Shown one piece after another: positions 9,619 to 18,344 of a stretch of DNA of 64,000 bases. Position 1 is the stretch's first letter. The number at the start of each line of letters is the position of its first letter. Source of the DNA: Terriglobia bacterium (lineage in GTDB: Bacteria; Acidobacteriota; Terriglobia; JAJPHL01; JAPKYU01); contig CBDCVK010000010.1 of the NCBI GenBank assembly GCA_965223005.1, forward strand, positions 420,820 through 484,819, given 5' to 3'. The notes under the pieces were generated by a model. It ran no database searches. It was not told where the DNA came from and saw only the letters and a list, made by a program, of their open reading frames with translations. Position numbers and translations under genes: made by a program.

Positions 9619-12138
9619 TCATCCGCGCACTACGATGTTCACCAGCTTGTTGGGGACGACAATGGTCCGGACCAGTTGCTTGCCGACCATGAACTGGGCC
9701 ACGCGGGGGTCAGCCAGGGCCCGCTGCTCAATCTCCTCCTGGCTGGTGCCGGCTGCCGCGACCAGGCGGCTGCGCAAGCGTCCATTCACCTGCACCACGA
9801 TTTCGAACTCCTCCTCCCTGGCCAGCTCGGCGATGTAGCTGGGCCAGGACTCCCGCAGGAGCAAGCCGTCGTGCCCCAGTATACTCCGCAGTTCCTGCGC
9901 CAGGTAGGGAGCGAAGGGCGCCAGCAGCAGCACAAAGCTTTCGAGGGCTTCGCGCAACACGGCGGGGGAAAGCTGTTCCTCGGAGGCGTAGAGTTCGTTC
10001 AACAGTTCCATCAGCGCGGCGATGGAAGTGTTGAAGTGCCAGCGTTCCTCGAAGTCGTCGGTGATGCGGCGGATGGTCTGATGGAGCCGGCGCTGCGTGG
10101 CCCGGTCGGCGACAGTTTGAGCCGCGGCGACCGGATTGCCGTCGTCGCGGACACGCCTGACTGCGGAAGTGGCGGGAACTTGGGGAGAAACTTGACCGCC
10201 GCAGGCCTTGTTGGCGTTGCGCACTGCGAAGCGGTAGGCCCGCTGCATGAAACGATCGATGCCCTCGATGCCTGATTCGTTCCAGTCCAGGTCTTTGGCC
10301 GGCGGAGCGGCGAACATCGTGTAGAGGCGGGTGGCATCGGCGCCGTAACGGGCCACCATCACGTCCGGGTCCACGACGTTGCCCTTCGACTTGGACATCT
10401 TGGCGCCTTCGCGGATGACCATGCCCTGGGTGAAGAGCCGTTCCACCGGCTCATCGTGGGTCACCAAACCCAGATCGCGCATCATCTTCGCCCAGAAGCG
10501 GGAGTAGACTAGGTGCAGGATGGCGTGCTCGACACCGCCGATGTACTGCTCGATCGGGAACCAGTAGCTGACCGCACGCGGGTCTATGGGCCCATCGGCT
10601 TCCGCCGGGTTGGTATAGCGGTAGAAGTACCAGGACGAGTCCACGAAGGTGTCCATCGTATCGGTCTCGCGGCGTGCCGGGCCGGAGCAGCGCGGACAGT
10701 TGGTGCGCGCAAATTCGTCCACCCGCGCCAGTGGCGATTCCCCCGTCCCGGTGACGGTCACGTCCAGCGGCAGCACCACCGGCAGTTGCTCGTCAGGCAC
10801 CGGAACGGTGCCACAGCTTGGGCAGTAAATGATGGGGATGGGAGTCCCCCAGTAGCGCTGGCGGGAGATGCCCCAGTCGCGGAGCCGGTAGGTGATGGTG
10901 CCCCGGCCGAACCCGTGCCGCTCGACGTGCTCGGTCATCCGCCGGATGGCCTGCTCTGAGGTGTGCCCGCTGAATTCGCCCGATTCCACCACTCGCCCGT
11001 ACTCGGTGAAGGCCGCGCCCTCCCGGGGCTGCCCCTCCAGCGGCACAATCACCGTGCGGATGGGGATGCGGTATTTGGTGCAAAACTCGTAGTCGCGCGC
11101 ATCGTGCGCCGGAACGGCCATGATGGCCCCGGTGCCGTACCCCATCAACACGAAATTGCCGATCCAGATTGGCAGCTGCTCTTCGTTAAAAGGATTGACT
11201 GCAAATTTTCCCGTGAAGACGCCTTCCTTCTCGAACTCGCCCTCTCCCTCGCCGCGACTGGCCACCAGCTTCTGCGCCTGGGCTCTCATGCCTGCGCTCC
11301 ACGGGGTGTTGCCGATCAGCTTTTCCACCAGGGGATGTTCCGGGGCCAGCAGCACCGCGGTGGCGCCGTAGATCGTGTCCAGGCGGGTGGTGAAGATTTC
11401 GATGGCGGTCTCGCGATCGTCCGCCAGCCGGAACTGAATCTGGGCGCCCACCGAGCGGCCGATCCAGTTGCGCTGCATGGTCAGCACCTTTTCGGGCCAG
11501 CGCTTCAGCTTGCCGACGTCTTCCAGCAACTGGTCTGCGTAGTCGGTGATGCGCAGAAACCACTGCTCCAGTTCTTTCTCGCCGACTGCGGTGTCTTCGT
11601 GGCGCCAGCAGTTGCCGTCCTTGACCTGCTCGTTGGCCAGCACCGTCTGGCACTTCGGACACCAGTTCACCCGGCTGTGCTTGCGGTAGGCCAGGCCGCG
11701 CTCGTACATGCGAAGGAAAAACCACTGGTTCCAGCGGTAATATTCCGGCTCGCAGGTGGAGATTTCCTTACTCCAGTCGTAAGCAAACCCGAACCGGCGT
11801 AACTGCTGCTTCATGGACGTGATGTTGGCGCGCGTCCAGTTGCGGGGGTGGGTCTGGTTTTGGATGGCCGCGTTTTCCGCCGGCAGCCCGAAGGCGTCCC
11901 ATCCCATCGGATGCAGCACGTTATGGCCGCGCATCCACTTGTAGCGCGCTAGTGCGTCACCGATCGAATAGTTGCGCACGTGCCCCATGTGGAGGGTGCC
12001 CGAGGGGTAGGGCAGCATCTCCAGCACGTAGTACTTCGGCCGGCTGGGGTCTGGCTCGGCCCGATACGGGTTTTCCTGCTCAAACCGCTTTTGCCACTTG
12101 GGCTCGATTTCCTGCGGGTTGTAGTCTCGCTCTGCCAT
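9619..12138 (-). CDS. leuS: leucine--tRNA ligase
   Basis: HMGH motif (PYPSGTLHMGHVRNY), KMSKS (AKMSKSKGN), a CP1 editing domain, and length 839 aa. Confidence 0.95.
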   Translation of the reverse strand: MAERDYNPQEIEPKWQKRFEQENPYRAEPDPSRPKYYVLEMLPYPSGTLHMGHVRNYSIGDALARYKWMRGHNVLHPMGWDAFGLPAENAAIQNQTHPRNWTRANITSMKQQLRRFGFAYDWSKEISTCEPEYYRWNQWFFLRMYERGLAYRKHSRVNWCPKCQTVLANEQVKDGNCWRHEDTAVGEKELEQWFLRITDYADQLLEDVGKLKRWPEKVLTMQRNWIGRSVGAQIQFRLADDRETAIEIFTTRLDTIYGATAVLLAPEHPLVEKLIGNTPWSAGMRAQAQKLVASRGEGEGEFEKEGVFTGKFAVNPFNEEQLPIWIGNFVLMGYGTGAIMAVPAHDARDYEFCTKYRIPIRTVIVPLEGQPREGAAFTEYGRVVESGEFSGHTSEQAIRRMTEHVERHGFGRGTITYRLRDWGISRQRYWGTPIPIIYCPSCGTVPVPDEQLPVVLPLDVTVTGTGESPLARVDEFARTNCPRCSGPARRETDTMDTFVDSSWYFYRYTNPAEADGPIDPRAVSYWFPIEQYIGGVEHAILHLVYSRFWAKMMRDLGLVTHDEPVERLFTQGMVIREGAKMSKSKGNVVDPDVMVARYGADATRLYTMFAAPPAKDLDWNESGIEGIDRFMQRAYRFAVRNANKACGGQVSPQVPATSAVRRVRDDGNPVAAAQTVADRATQRRLHQTIRRITDDFEERWHFNTSIAALMELLNELYASEEQLSPAVLREALESFVLLLAPFAPYLAQELRSILGHDGLLLRESWPSYIAELAREEEFEIVVQVNGRLRSRLVAAAGTSQEEIEQRALADPRVAQFMVGKQLVRTIVVPNKLVNIVVRG

Positions 12139-12237
12139 GCGCGTTTTGTGAAACCGTGCTCGCCTATCCGCAGATTTCGCAAGAACTGGACACGCAGGCC
12201 TTATCGTAATCTGCGCAATCTGCCGACGTACTCCAGC

Positions 12238-13200
12238 TCAATTCCTGAGCTCTCCTTTGTGAACTTTGTGTTTTTGTGTCTTCGTGTTGTCTTTTCCCAG
12301 CCGGACCAGGCGGCGCACGGTTTGCAGGTTCCGCAGATCGTCGCCTTCCCGCTCGATTGGGGTCTCCAGGATGAAGGCTTTGTTGCGCAACCGCGGGTGG
12401 TTCAGGATGCGGCGGAACCCGACCAAGCCGATGCCGCCGCGTCCGATGTGCTCGTGCCGGTCAGCGCGCGAGCCGAGCGCGGTGCGCGAGTCGTTCGTGT
12501 GGACCACGCGGACCGAGTCCAGGCCCACGGTCCGCTCCACATGGGCCTGCAGGTCAGCCAGGCCTTTCACCCTGGAGAGGTCGAAGCCGGCCTGGTAACA
12601 ATGCGCCGTGTCCAGGCAGCAGCCGAGGGGCACGCCGTCGGTCAACTCCAGGATGGTGGGTAGCTCCTCGAAGTCGGACCCCAGCGTGCCTCCGCCCCCG
12701 GCGGTGTTCTCGAGCAACACGCGCAACCGGCCCGTTTTTCTTCCCCGTGCTGCCTCTTCCAGTCCTGTGATGAACCGAAGAAGGGCACTGCGGCGGTCGC
12801 TATTGCCCGCGCTTCCCGGATGCGTCACCAGATATTCCGCACCCAGGATCGCGGCGCGCTCCAGTTCCCCGCGGAAGGCTTCAATGGATTTTTGGCGAAT
12901 CCGCGGGTCCGACGAGGCCAGGTTGATCAGGTAGTTGTCATGAATGACCAGCGGATAGAGGTCATAGGTTTCGCGCAACCGCCACAGGGAGCGCGCTTCG
13001 GCCGGATCCACTCGTGACTGCTTCCACTGGCGGGGGCTGGAGGAGAAAATCTGGAACGTGTTGCAACCGAGGTGGTGAGCGCGTTCGGCGGATTTTGAGA
13101 GCGCGCCCGCGATGGACGTATGAATGCCGATGCGCCGCCCGGCCACCGGGCCCGGCGGCGCTTGATTCTCCGGGATAGCAATCGCCTCGGACAACCCCAC
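12238..13200 (-). CDS. nfo: deoxyribonuclease IV (AP endonuclease family 2, Nfo)
   Basis: IGIHTS..., VIHDNYLINLAS, and a TIM-barrel AP endonuclease 2 pattern. Start codon uncertain. Confidence 0.75.
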   Translation of the reverse strand: MGLSEAIAIPENQAPPGPVAGRRIGIHTSIAGALSKSAERAHHLGCNTFQIFSSSPRQWKQSRVDPAEARSLWRLRETYDLYPLVIHDNYLINLASSDPRIRQKSIEAFRGELERAAILGAEYLVTHPGSAGNSDRRSALLRFITGLEEAARGRKTGRLRVLLENTAGGGGTLGSDFEELPTILELTDGVPLGCCLDTAHCYQAGFDLSRVKGLADLQAHVERTVGLDSVRVVHTNDSRTALGSRADRHEHIGRGGIGLVGFRRILNHPRLRNKAFILETPIEREGDDLRNLQTVRRLVRLGKDNTKTQKHKVHKGELRN

Positions 13201-13385
13201 CGCGCCTCTCCGTGCTCAGAAAAACATTCTCCGTATGTATATTAGCACGAACTCCGAACGACGGTGGCGCAGCGCTCCAAAGCAAGATGCTGCCATTCAC
13301 CGACAGCTGAGCACGCAAAGCATGCCGGGACATGCACGGAGAGGCGCGCCCCCGGCCCGGCAGTTTCCACGATAAGTTCGACGCC

Positions 13386-13405
13386 GACAGGCAAGGATGC
13401 CTGTC
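13386..13405. promoter_or_regulatory. perfect palindrome GACAGGCA-agga-TGCCTGTC, 30 nt upstream of the ABC exporter start
   Basis: 8-bp arms with a 4-nt spacer, followed by the -10-like TATACT at 13413-13418. Candidate operator. Confidence 0.35.
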
Positions 13406-13435
13406 GCTACTGTATACTTTTTCTCTTGAGGGCAG

Positions 13436-15184
13436 ATGAAACGCAAGATTGAAGCCGTCCGGCTACTGTTCCCCTACCTGCGGCGCTACCGCTGGCGCTA
13501 CGTGCCCGGCGTGTTGGCGCTGGTGGCCAATAACGTCGCTTGGCTGGCCATGCCGTTGCTGCTGAAGGCTGCCGTTGACAGCCTGACCCAGCCGCTCACC
13601 CATCAGACGCTGATGTTCTACGCGCTGGCGCTGATCGGGGTCGCCTGCGCCAAGGGTTTCTTCCAATACTGGATGCGCTGGATCTTGATTGGCATCTCTC
13701 GCGACATCGAGTACGACCTGCGCAACGACCTGTTCCGGCACCTGGAGCGCCTCTCGCTCGCCTACTACCACCGCAACCGTACCGGCGACATCATGGCGCG
13801 GGCCACCAACGACCTGAACGCCGCCCGCATGCTGCTCGGCCCCGGCATCATGTATTCGGCCAACACCCTGATGGTGATGGTCTTCGCGATGGCCATCATG
13901 CTGCGGCTGGACTGGCGGCTGACCTTGATGGCGTTCACGCCGGTTCCGGCCGTCACGCTGGCGGTGATCTACTTCGGCCGGCGCATCCACGACCGCTTTG
14001 AGCGCATCCAGGCCATGTTCAGCGAGCTGAGCGCCCGCGTGCAAGAGAACCTCTCCGGGATGCGGGTGGTGAAGGCGTATGCGCAGGAGGAGGCCGAAAT
14101 CGCCCAGTTCCGCGCAGCCAGTCAGGAGTTCGTCAGGCACAACATCGGGCTGGTCAAGTTATGGGGGATGTTTTATCCGCTGCTGCAGGTGCTGATCGGG
14201 CTGGCGTTCGTGATCGTGCTATGGATGGGCGGGCTGGCGGTCGACGCGGGGCGCATCTCGCTCGGCTCGTTTGTGGCCTTCAACGTCTACCTGGTGCAGC
14301 TCACCTGGCCGATGATCGCGCTGGGCTGGGTGGTCAATCTGGCCGAGCGCGGCGCTGCATCCACCGGGCGCATCCGCCGAATCCTGGAAGAGCCGGTCGA
14401 AATCGCTTCCCCTGAAGAACCGGCGCGGCTGGGCGAGATTCACGGCGCGATTGAGTTCCGCAACTTGAGCTTCACCTACAACGGCCGGCCAGTGCTGCGC
14501 AACGTGAACCTGCGGATCCCCGCCGGCCAGACCGTGGCCGTCGTCGGCCACACCGGCTCGGGCAAAACCACGCTGGTGAACTTGATCCCTCGTCTGTTCG
14601 ATGCCCCGCCAGGCACCGTGCTGCTGGACGGCGTGGACATCCGCCGGTGGTCGCTGGAGGCGCTGCGGTGCCAGATCGGCTTCGTGCCTCAGGAAACGTT
14701 CCTGTTCAGCGACACTCTTCGGGAGAACATCGCCTTCGGAGCTCCAGAAGCTGAGGATGCCAGCGTGCGCTGGGCAGCCGAAGTCGCCGGGCTGCTGCCC
14801 GACGTCGAGGAGTTTCCCGAGAAGTTCCAGACGCTGGTCGGCGAGCGCGGCATCACCCTGAGCGGCGGGCAGAAGCAGCGCACCGCCATCGCCCGCGCCC
14901 TGGTGCGAGACCCCCGCATTCTGGTGTTGGACGACGCGCTGTCCAGCGTGGACACCTACACCGAGGAGCGCATCCTGACCCGGCTGGCGGAAATGATGAA
15001 GGGGCGGACCTCCATTCTGATTTCGCACCGCGTCTCAACCGTCCGCGCCGCCGACTGGATCGTGGTGCTGGAGCAGGGGGAAATCGTCGAGAGCGGCACC
15101 CACGACGAGTTGCTTGCTCGTGGCGGCTATTACGCCGACCTCTATCAGAAGCAACTACTCGAGGAGGAACTAGAGAGAGCATGA
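13436..15184 (+). CDS. ABC transporter, fused permease/ATP-binding subunit (type I exporter, MsbA-like), subunit 1
   Basis: Six N-terminal TM helices; Walker A GHTGSGKTT; signature LSGGQKQR; Walker B ILVLDDALS. Confidence 0.9.
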   Translation: MKRKIEAVRLLFPYLRRYRWRYVPGVLALVANNVAWLAMPLLLKAAVDSLTQPLTHQTLMFYALALIGVACAKGFFQYWMRWILIGISRDIEYDLRNDLFRHLERLSLAYYHRNRTGDIMARATNDLNAARMLLGPGIMYSANTLMVMVFAMAIMLRLDWRLTLMAFTPVPAVTLAVIYFGRRIHDRFERIQAMFSELSARVQENLSGMRVVKAYAQEEAEIAQFRAASQEFVRHNIGLVKLWGMFYPLLQVLIGLAFVIVLWMGGLAVDAGRISLGSFVAFNVYLVQLTWPMIALGWVVNLAERGAASTGRIRRILEEPVEIASPEEPARLGEIHGAIEFRNLSFTYNGRPVLRNVNLRIPAGQTVAVVGHTGSGKTTLVNLIPRLFDAPPGTVLLDGVDIRRWSLEALRCQIGFVPQETFLFSDTLRENIAFGAPEAEDASVRWAAEVAGLLPDVEEFPEKFQTLVGERGITLSGGQKQRTAIARALVRDPRILVLDDALSSVDTYTEERILTRLAEMMKGRTSILISHRVSTVRAADWIVVLEQGEIVESGTHDELLARGGYYADLYQKQLLEEELERA

Positions 15185-15194
15185 AAGCAGGTTC

Positions 15195-15265
15195 CAGGTT
15201 TCAGGTGTCAGGGTTTCGCGACAAAGGCTCGCCTGACACCTGACACCTGGCACCTGAAACCTAAA
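15195..15265. repeat. imperfect inverted repeat of tandem CAGGTGTCAGG-type units between the two ABC exporter genes
   Basis: CCAGGTTTCAGGTGTCAGGG...CCTGACACCTGACACCTGGCACCTGAAACC. Can fold into a long hairpin in the 83-nt intercistronic gap. Confidence 0.55.
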
Positions 15266-15267
15266 CA

Positions 15268-17151
15268 ATGAGCGGCCACCACGAAGAAGAAGTCCTGGGC
15301 AAGGCGTACGACGCGCGCCTGATGAAGCGCCTGCTGCACTACCTGCGCCCCTACGTCTTCCTGGCGGCGCTGGCGCTGTTTGGCATCTTGGCGCACGCCG
15401 TCTTGCAGGCGGTGGGGCCCTTTCTAACGAAGGTGGCGGTGGACCGCTACCTGACCGAGTCGTCCGCCCAGCGCCTCACCTTTCTGGACGCCTACCTGAG
15501 CCCTGACACCTTCCGTGGCCTCACCCAGATTGCCATCCTCTACATTCTGGTTCTGGTGAGCTCCTTCGCCGTCGAGTTCTTGCAGACCTACACGATGCAA
15601 CTGGCCGGACAGAAGGCGATGTTTGACCTGCGAATGCAGATTTTCGGCCACCTGCAGCGGCTGCACGTGGGCTTCTTTGACCGCAATCCGGTCGGGCGGC
15701 TGGTGACCCGGCTGACGACCGACATTGACGCGCTCAACGAAATGTTCGCCTCAGGTGTGATCGCCATCTTCGGCGACTTCTTCACGCTGACGGCGATCAT
15801 GGTGGTCATGCTGTGGCTGAATGTGCCACTGGCGCTGGTCACCTTCGCCGTGCTGCCCCTGATCGCGCTGGCCACCGCGCTGTTTCGCAAGCGGGTGCGT
15901 GATTCCTACCGGCGGATCCGCACCGCCATCGCGCGCATCAATGCGTATCTGCAGGAACACATCAGCGGCATGGCCGTGGTGCAACTGTCTAACCGGGAGG
16001 AGAAAAGCTTCCGGGAATTCGAGACAGTCAACCGGCGACACATGGGGGCTTTCAAGGACGCGATCTTCGCCCACGCCCTGTTCTACCCGACGGCGGAAAT
16101 CCTGAGCGCCGTGGCCATCGGACTAGTTCTGTGGTACGGCGGGCTGCGAGTGTTGGACGAGACGCTGACGGTGGGGGTGGTGGTGGCGTTCATCCAATAT
16201 GCGCAGCGCTTCTACCGGCCGATCATGGATTTGAGCGAGAAGTACAACATCCTGCAAGGGGCCATGGCCAGCGCCGAGCGCGTCTTTAAATTGCTGGATA
16301 CCCCGGTGGAGGTGACCTCGCCGGTCACTCCTGTCCGCCTGGACCAGGTACAGGGACGAATTGAGTTCCGTAACGTCTGGTTTGCCTACCGAGGCGCGCC
16401 CAGCCGGCGATCGGAAAAGGTGCCGACGGGCGACGGCAACCCGCCCGCCGAGCCGGACTGGGTGCTGAAGGATGTTTCCTTCACCATCGAGCCTGGCGAA
16501 ACGGTGGCCATTGTCGGGCACACCGGTGCGGGTAAGACCACCCTGAGCAGCCTGCTGCTGCGATTCTATGACGTGCAGCGCGGCCAGATCCTGCTGGACG
16601 GCGTGGATCTTCGCCAGTTGGAGCTGACCGAGCTGCGCCGCCTGTTCGGCGTCGTGCTCCAGGACCCGTTCCTGTTCTCCGGCACCGTGGAGCGCAACAT
16701 CCGTCTGGGCAGCGAACATTTGGAGATGGGTGACCTGGAGGAGGCTGCCGAACAGGTGAACTTGGCCGACTTCATCCGCTCGCTGCCCGCCGGCTTCCAC
16801 GCGGAGGTCCGCGAGCGTGGGGCGACGCTGTCGACCGGCCAGAAGCAGCTCATCAGCTTCGCCCGCGCGCTGGCGCACCGGCCGCGCATCCTGGTGCTGG
16901 ACGAGGCCACCTCCAGCGTGGATACGGGAACCGAATTACGGGTGCGCGAGGCGCTCGGCCGCATGGTGATTGGCCGCACCTCGATCATCATCGCCCACCG
17001 GCTTTCCACCGTGCAGCGCGCCGATCGGATCCTGGTGATGCACAAGGGGCTGCTGCGCGAGTCCGGCACCCACCAGGAGTTGCTCGCCGTCCGCGGCATC
17101 TACTGGAAGCTCTACCAGTTGCAATATAGGGATCAGGAAGTCCGCGCTTGA
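15268..17151 (+). CDS. ABC transporter, fused permease/ATP-binding subunit, subunit 2 (heterodimer partner)
   Basis: TM domain, Walker A GHTGAGKTT, signature LSTGQKQL, Walker B ILVLDEATS. Confidence 0.9.
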   Translation: MSGHHEEEVLGKAYDARLMKRLLHYLRPYVFLAALALFGILAHAVLQAVGPFLTKVAVDRYLTESSAQRLTFLDAYLSPDTFRGLTQIAILYILVLVSSFAVEFLQTYTMQLAGQKAMFDLRMQIFGHLQRLHVGFFDRNPVGRLVTRLTTDIDALNEMFASGVIAIFGDFFTLTAIMVVMLWLNVPLALVTFAVLPLIALATALFRKRVRDSYRRIRTAIARINAYLQEHISGMAVVQLSNREEKSFREFETVNRRHMGAFKDAIFAHALFYPTAEILSAVAIGLVLWYGGLRVLDETLTVGVVVAFIQYAQRFYRPIMDLSEKYNILQGAMASAERVFKLLDTPVEVTSPVTPVRLDQVQGRIEFRNVWFAYRGAPSRRSEKVPTGDGNPPAEPDWVLKDVSFTIEPGETVAIVGHTGAGKTTLSSLLLRFYDVQRGQILLDGVDLRQLELTELRRLFGVVLQDPFLFSGTVERNIRLGSEHLEMGDLEEAAEQVNLADFIRSLPAGFHAEVRERGATLSTGQKQLISFARALAHRPRILVLDEATSSVDTGTELRVREALGRMVIGRTSIIIAHRLSTVQRADRILVMHKGLLRESGTHQELLAVRGIYWKLYQLQYRDQEVRA

Positions 17152-17246
17152 CGGGCTGCTTCCTCACCTTTGGCCAATGGCGGGCTCATCTGATAGTGCA
17201 TACTTGCGTCGGCAGCGTTTCCGTTGCATACTAAAGCAGGTTAATA

Positions 17247-17732
17247 ATGGCCGAGAAGCTCACCAACGGCTTCCGCCTCTTGGAGTGGCTGCGGAAGATT
17301 TTCATGGTGGACCTGCTGAAAGGTCTGGCGGTCACCTTCCGATACCAACACCCAAAGAACATCTACACCGAGGAGTATCCGAAGGTCCGGCCGGAGGTGG
17401 CCGAGCGCTATCGCGGAGCGCCGCGGCTGAACATCAGCCCGGAGAATGGCGAGACGCTGTGCATTGCCTGCGACCTGTGCGCGCTGGCCTGCCCGGAGAA
17501 CCTGATCGTAGTGGGCTGGCATCGCGAGGGTGGCAAGGGACGCAAGCTGCTGACCACCTTCATCTACGACACCTCCCGCTGCATGTTCTGCGGCCTCTGC
17601 GAAGACGCCTGCCCAACCGATGCGCTGGAATTGACCCAGGACTTTGAGCTGGCCAACTACACCCGCGAGGGCGCTATCTGGGACCGTCAGATACTAGAGG
17701 AAGGTCCGCGCCCGACCCAGTACACCCGCTGA
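17247..17732 (+). CDS. nuoI: NuoI-like 2x[4Fe-4S] ferredoxin (NADH-quinone oxidoreductase subunit I family), orphan
   Basis: CIACDLCALACP and CMFCGLCEDACP cluster motifs, with the conserved NuoI N-terminus (FRLLEWLRK...TFRY). Confidence 0.8.
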   Translation: MAEKLTNGFRLLEWLRKIFMVDLLKGLAVTFRYQHPKNIYTEEYPKVRPEVAERYRGAPRLNISPENGETLCIACDLCALACPENLIVVGWHREGGKGRKLLTTFIYDTSRCMFCGLCEDACPTDALELTQDFELANYTREGAIWDRQILEEGPRPTQYTR

Positions 17733-17841
17733 AGCCTGCCCGCGCGGCTACCAGACCCAATTTTTTCGCTGCAAGGCAGGCAGAATTTAGGCTCTTGCGC
17801 GCGGGGGGCCGAGCAGTCAGCCCTGCCACAATTTACGGGAG

Positions 17842-18138
17842 GTGCTCTTGGTTCGCCACGTTGTGTTTTTCAAGTTCAAAGCGGATGTGAACGAAGCCGA
17901 TCGGGCCGACGTCGTCGCCCGCCTGAAAGCGCTGCCGGAACGGGTTCCGGGAATTCTCAAACCGGAGGTTGGGGAAGACTTCATAAAGTCGCCGCGATCC
18001 TATGACGTCGCGCTCGTGTTTGGCTTCGAGGACCGAGCGGCGATGGACCGCTACCAGAAGCACCCCAACCATGTGTCGGTGGGCGAGCGGATCCGGCCAT
18101 GCTGCGAATCCGTAGTGGCCGTCGACTACGAGATCTAG
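17842..18138 (+). CDS. Dabb-family stress-responsive dimeric alpha/beta-barrel protein
   Basis: About 98 aa with an HVVFFKFK start typical of the Dabb fold. GTG/TTG start next to GGGAGG. Confidence 0.6.
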   Translation: MLLVRHVVFFKFKADVNEADRADVVARLKALPERVPGILKPEVGEDFIKSPRSYDVALVFGFEDRAAMDRYQKHPNHVSVGERIRPCCESVVAVDYEI

Positions 18139-18344
18139 CCGCAATTCTCCATCGCGTTGCGACCACCGCCTTCGAGGCGCCAATCAAGCGCAAACGCACC
18201 CGCTGGGCGCTGCGCAGTTCCTTTGCGTCCTGGCAGTTGGAAGATTCTGAGCCGCGAACGTCAGCGAAAGGTCCACCAGCGGGCAGGCGATTCCTCATCG
18301 GGGCGGTGGACGAGGCAGCGAAAACATGCTTTGATAGCGCCCGC

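Noticed and set aside
9523-11802. Long plus-strand ORFs (250 and 279 aa) inside leuS
   Set aside because: Antisense to a very well-supported leuS; low-complexity Ala/Gly/Arg-rich translations typical of high-GC antisense frames.
14219-16878. 269-aa and 251-aa minus-strand ORFs inside the ABC exporter genes
   Set aside because: Antisense artefacts of high GC content; no motifs.
18099-18344. N-terminal 82-codon extension of glpK
   Set aside because: The canonical GlpK N-terminus (MPYVLALDEGTTTTR) begins at 18345; the upstream residues are unconserved and overlap the Dabb gene's 3' end.
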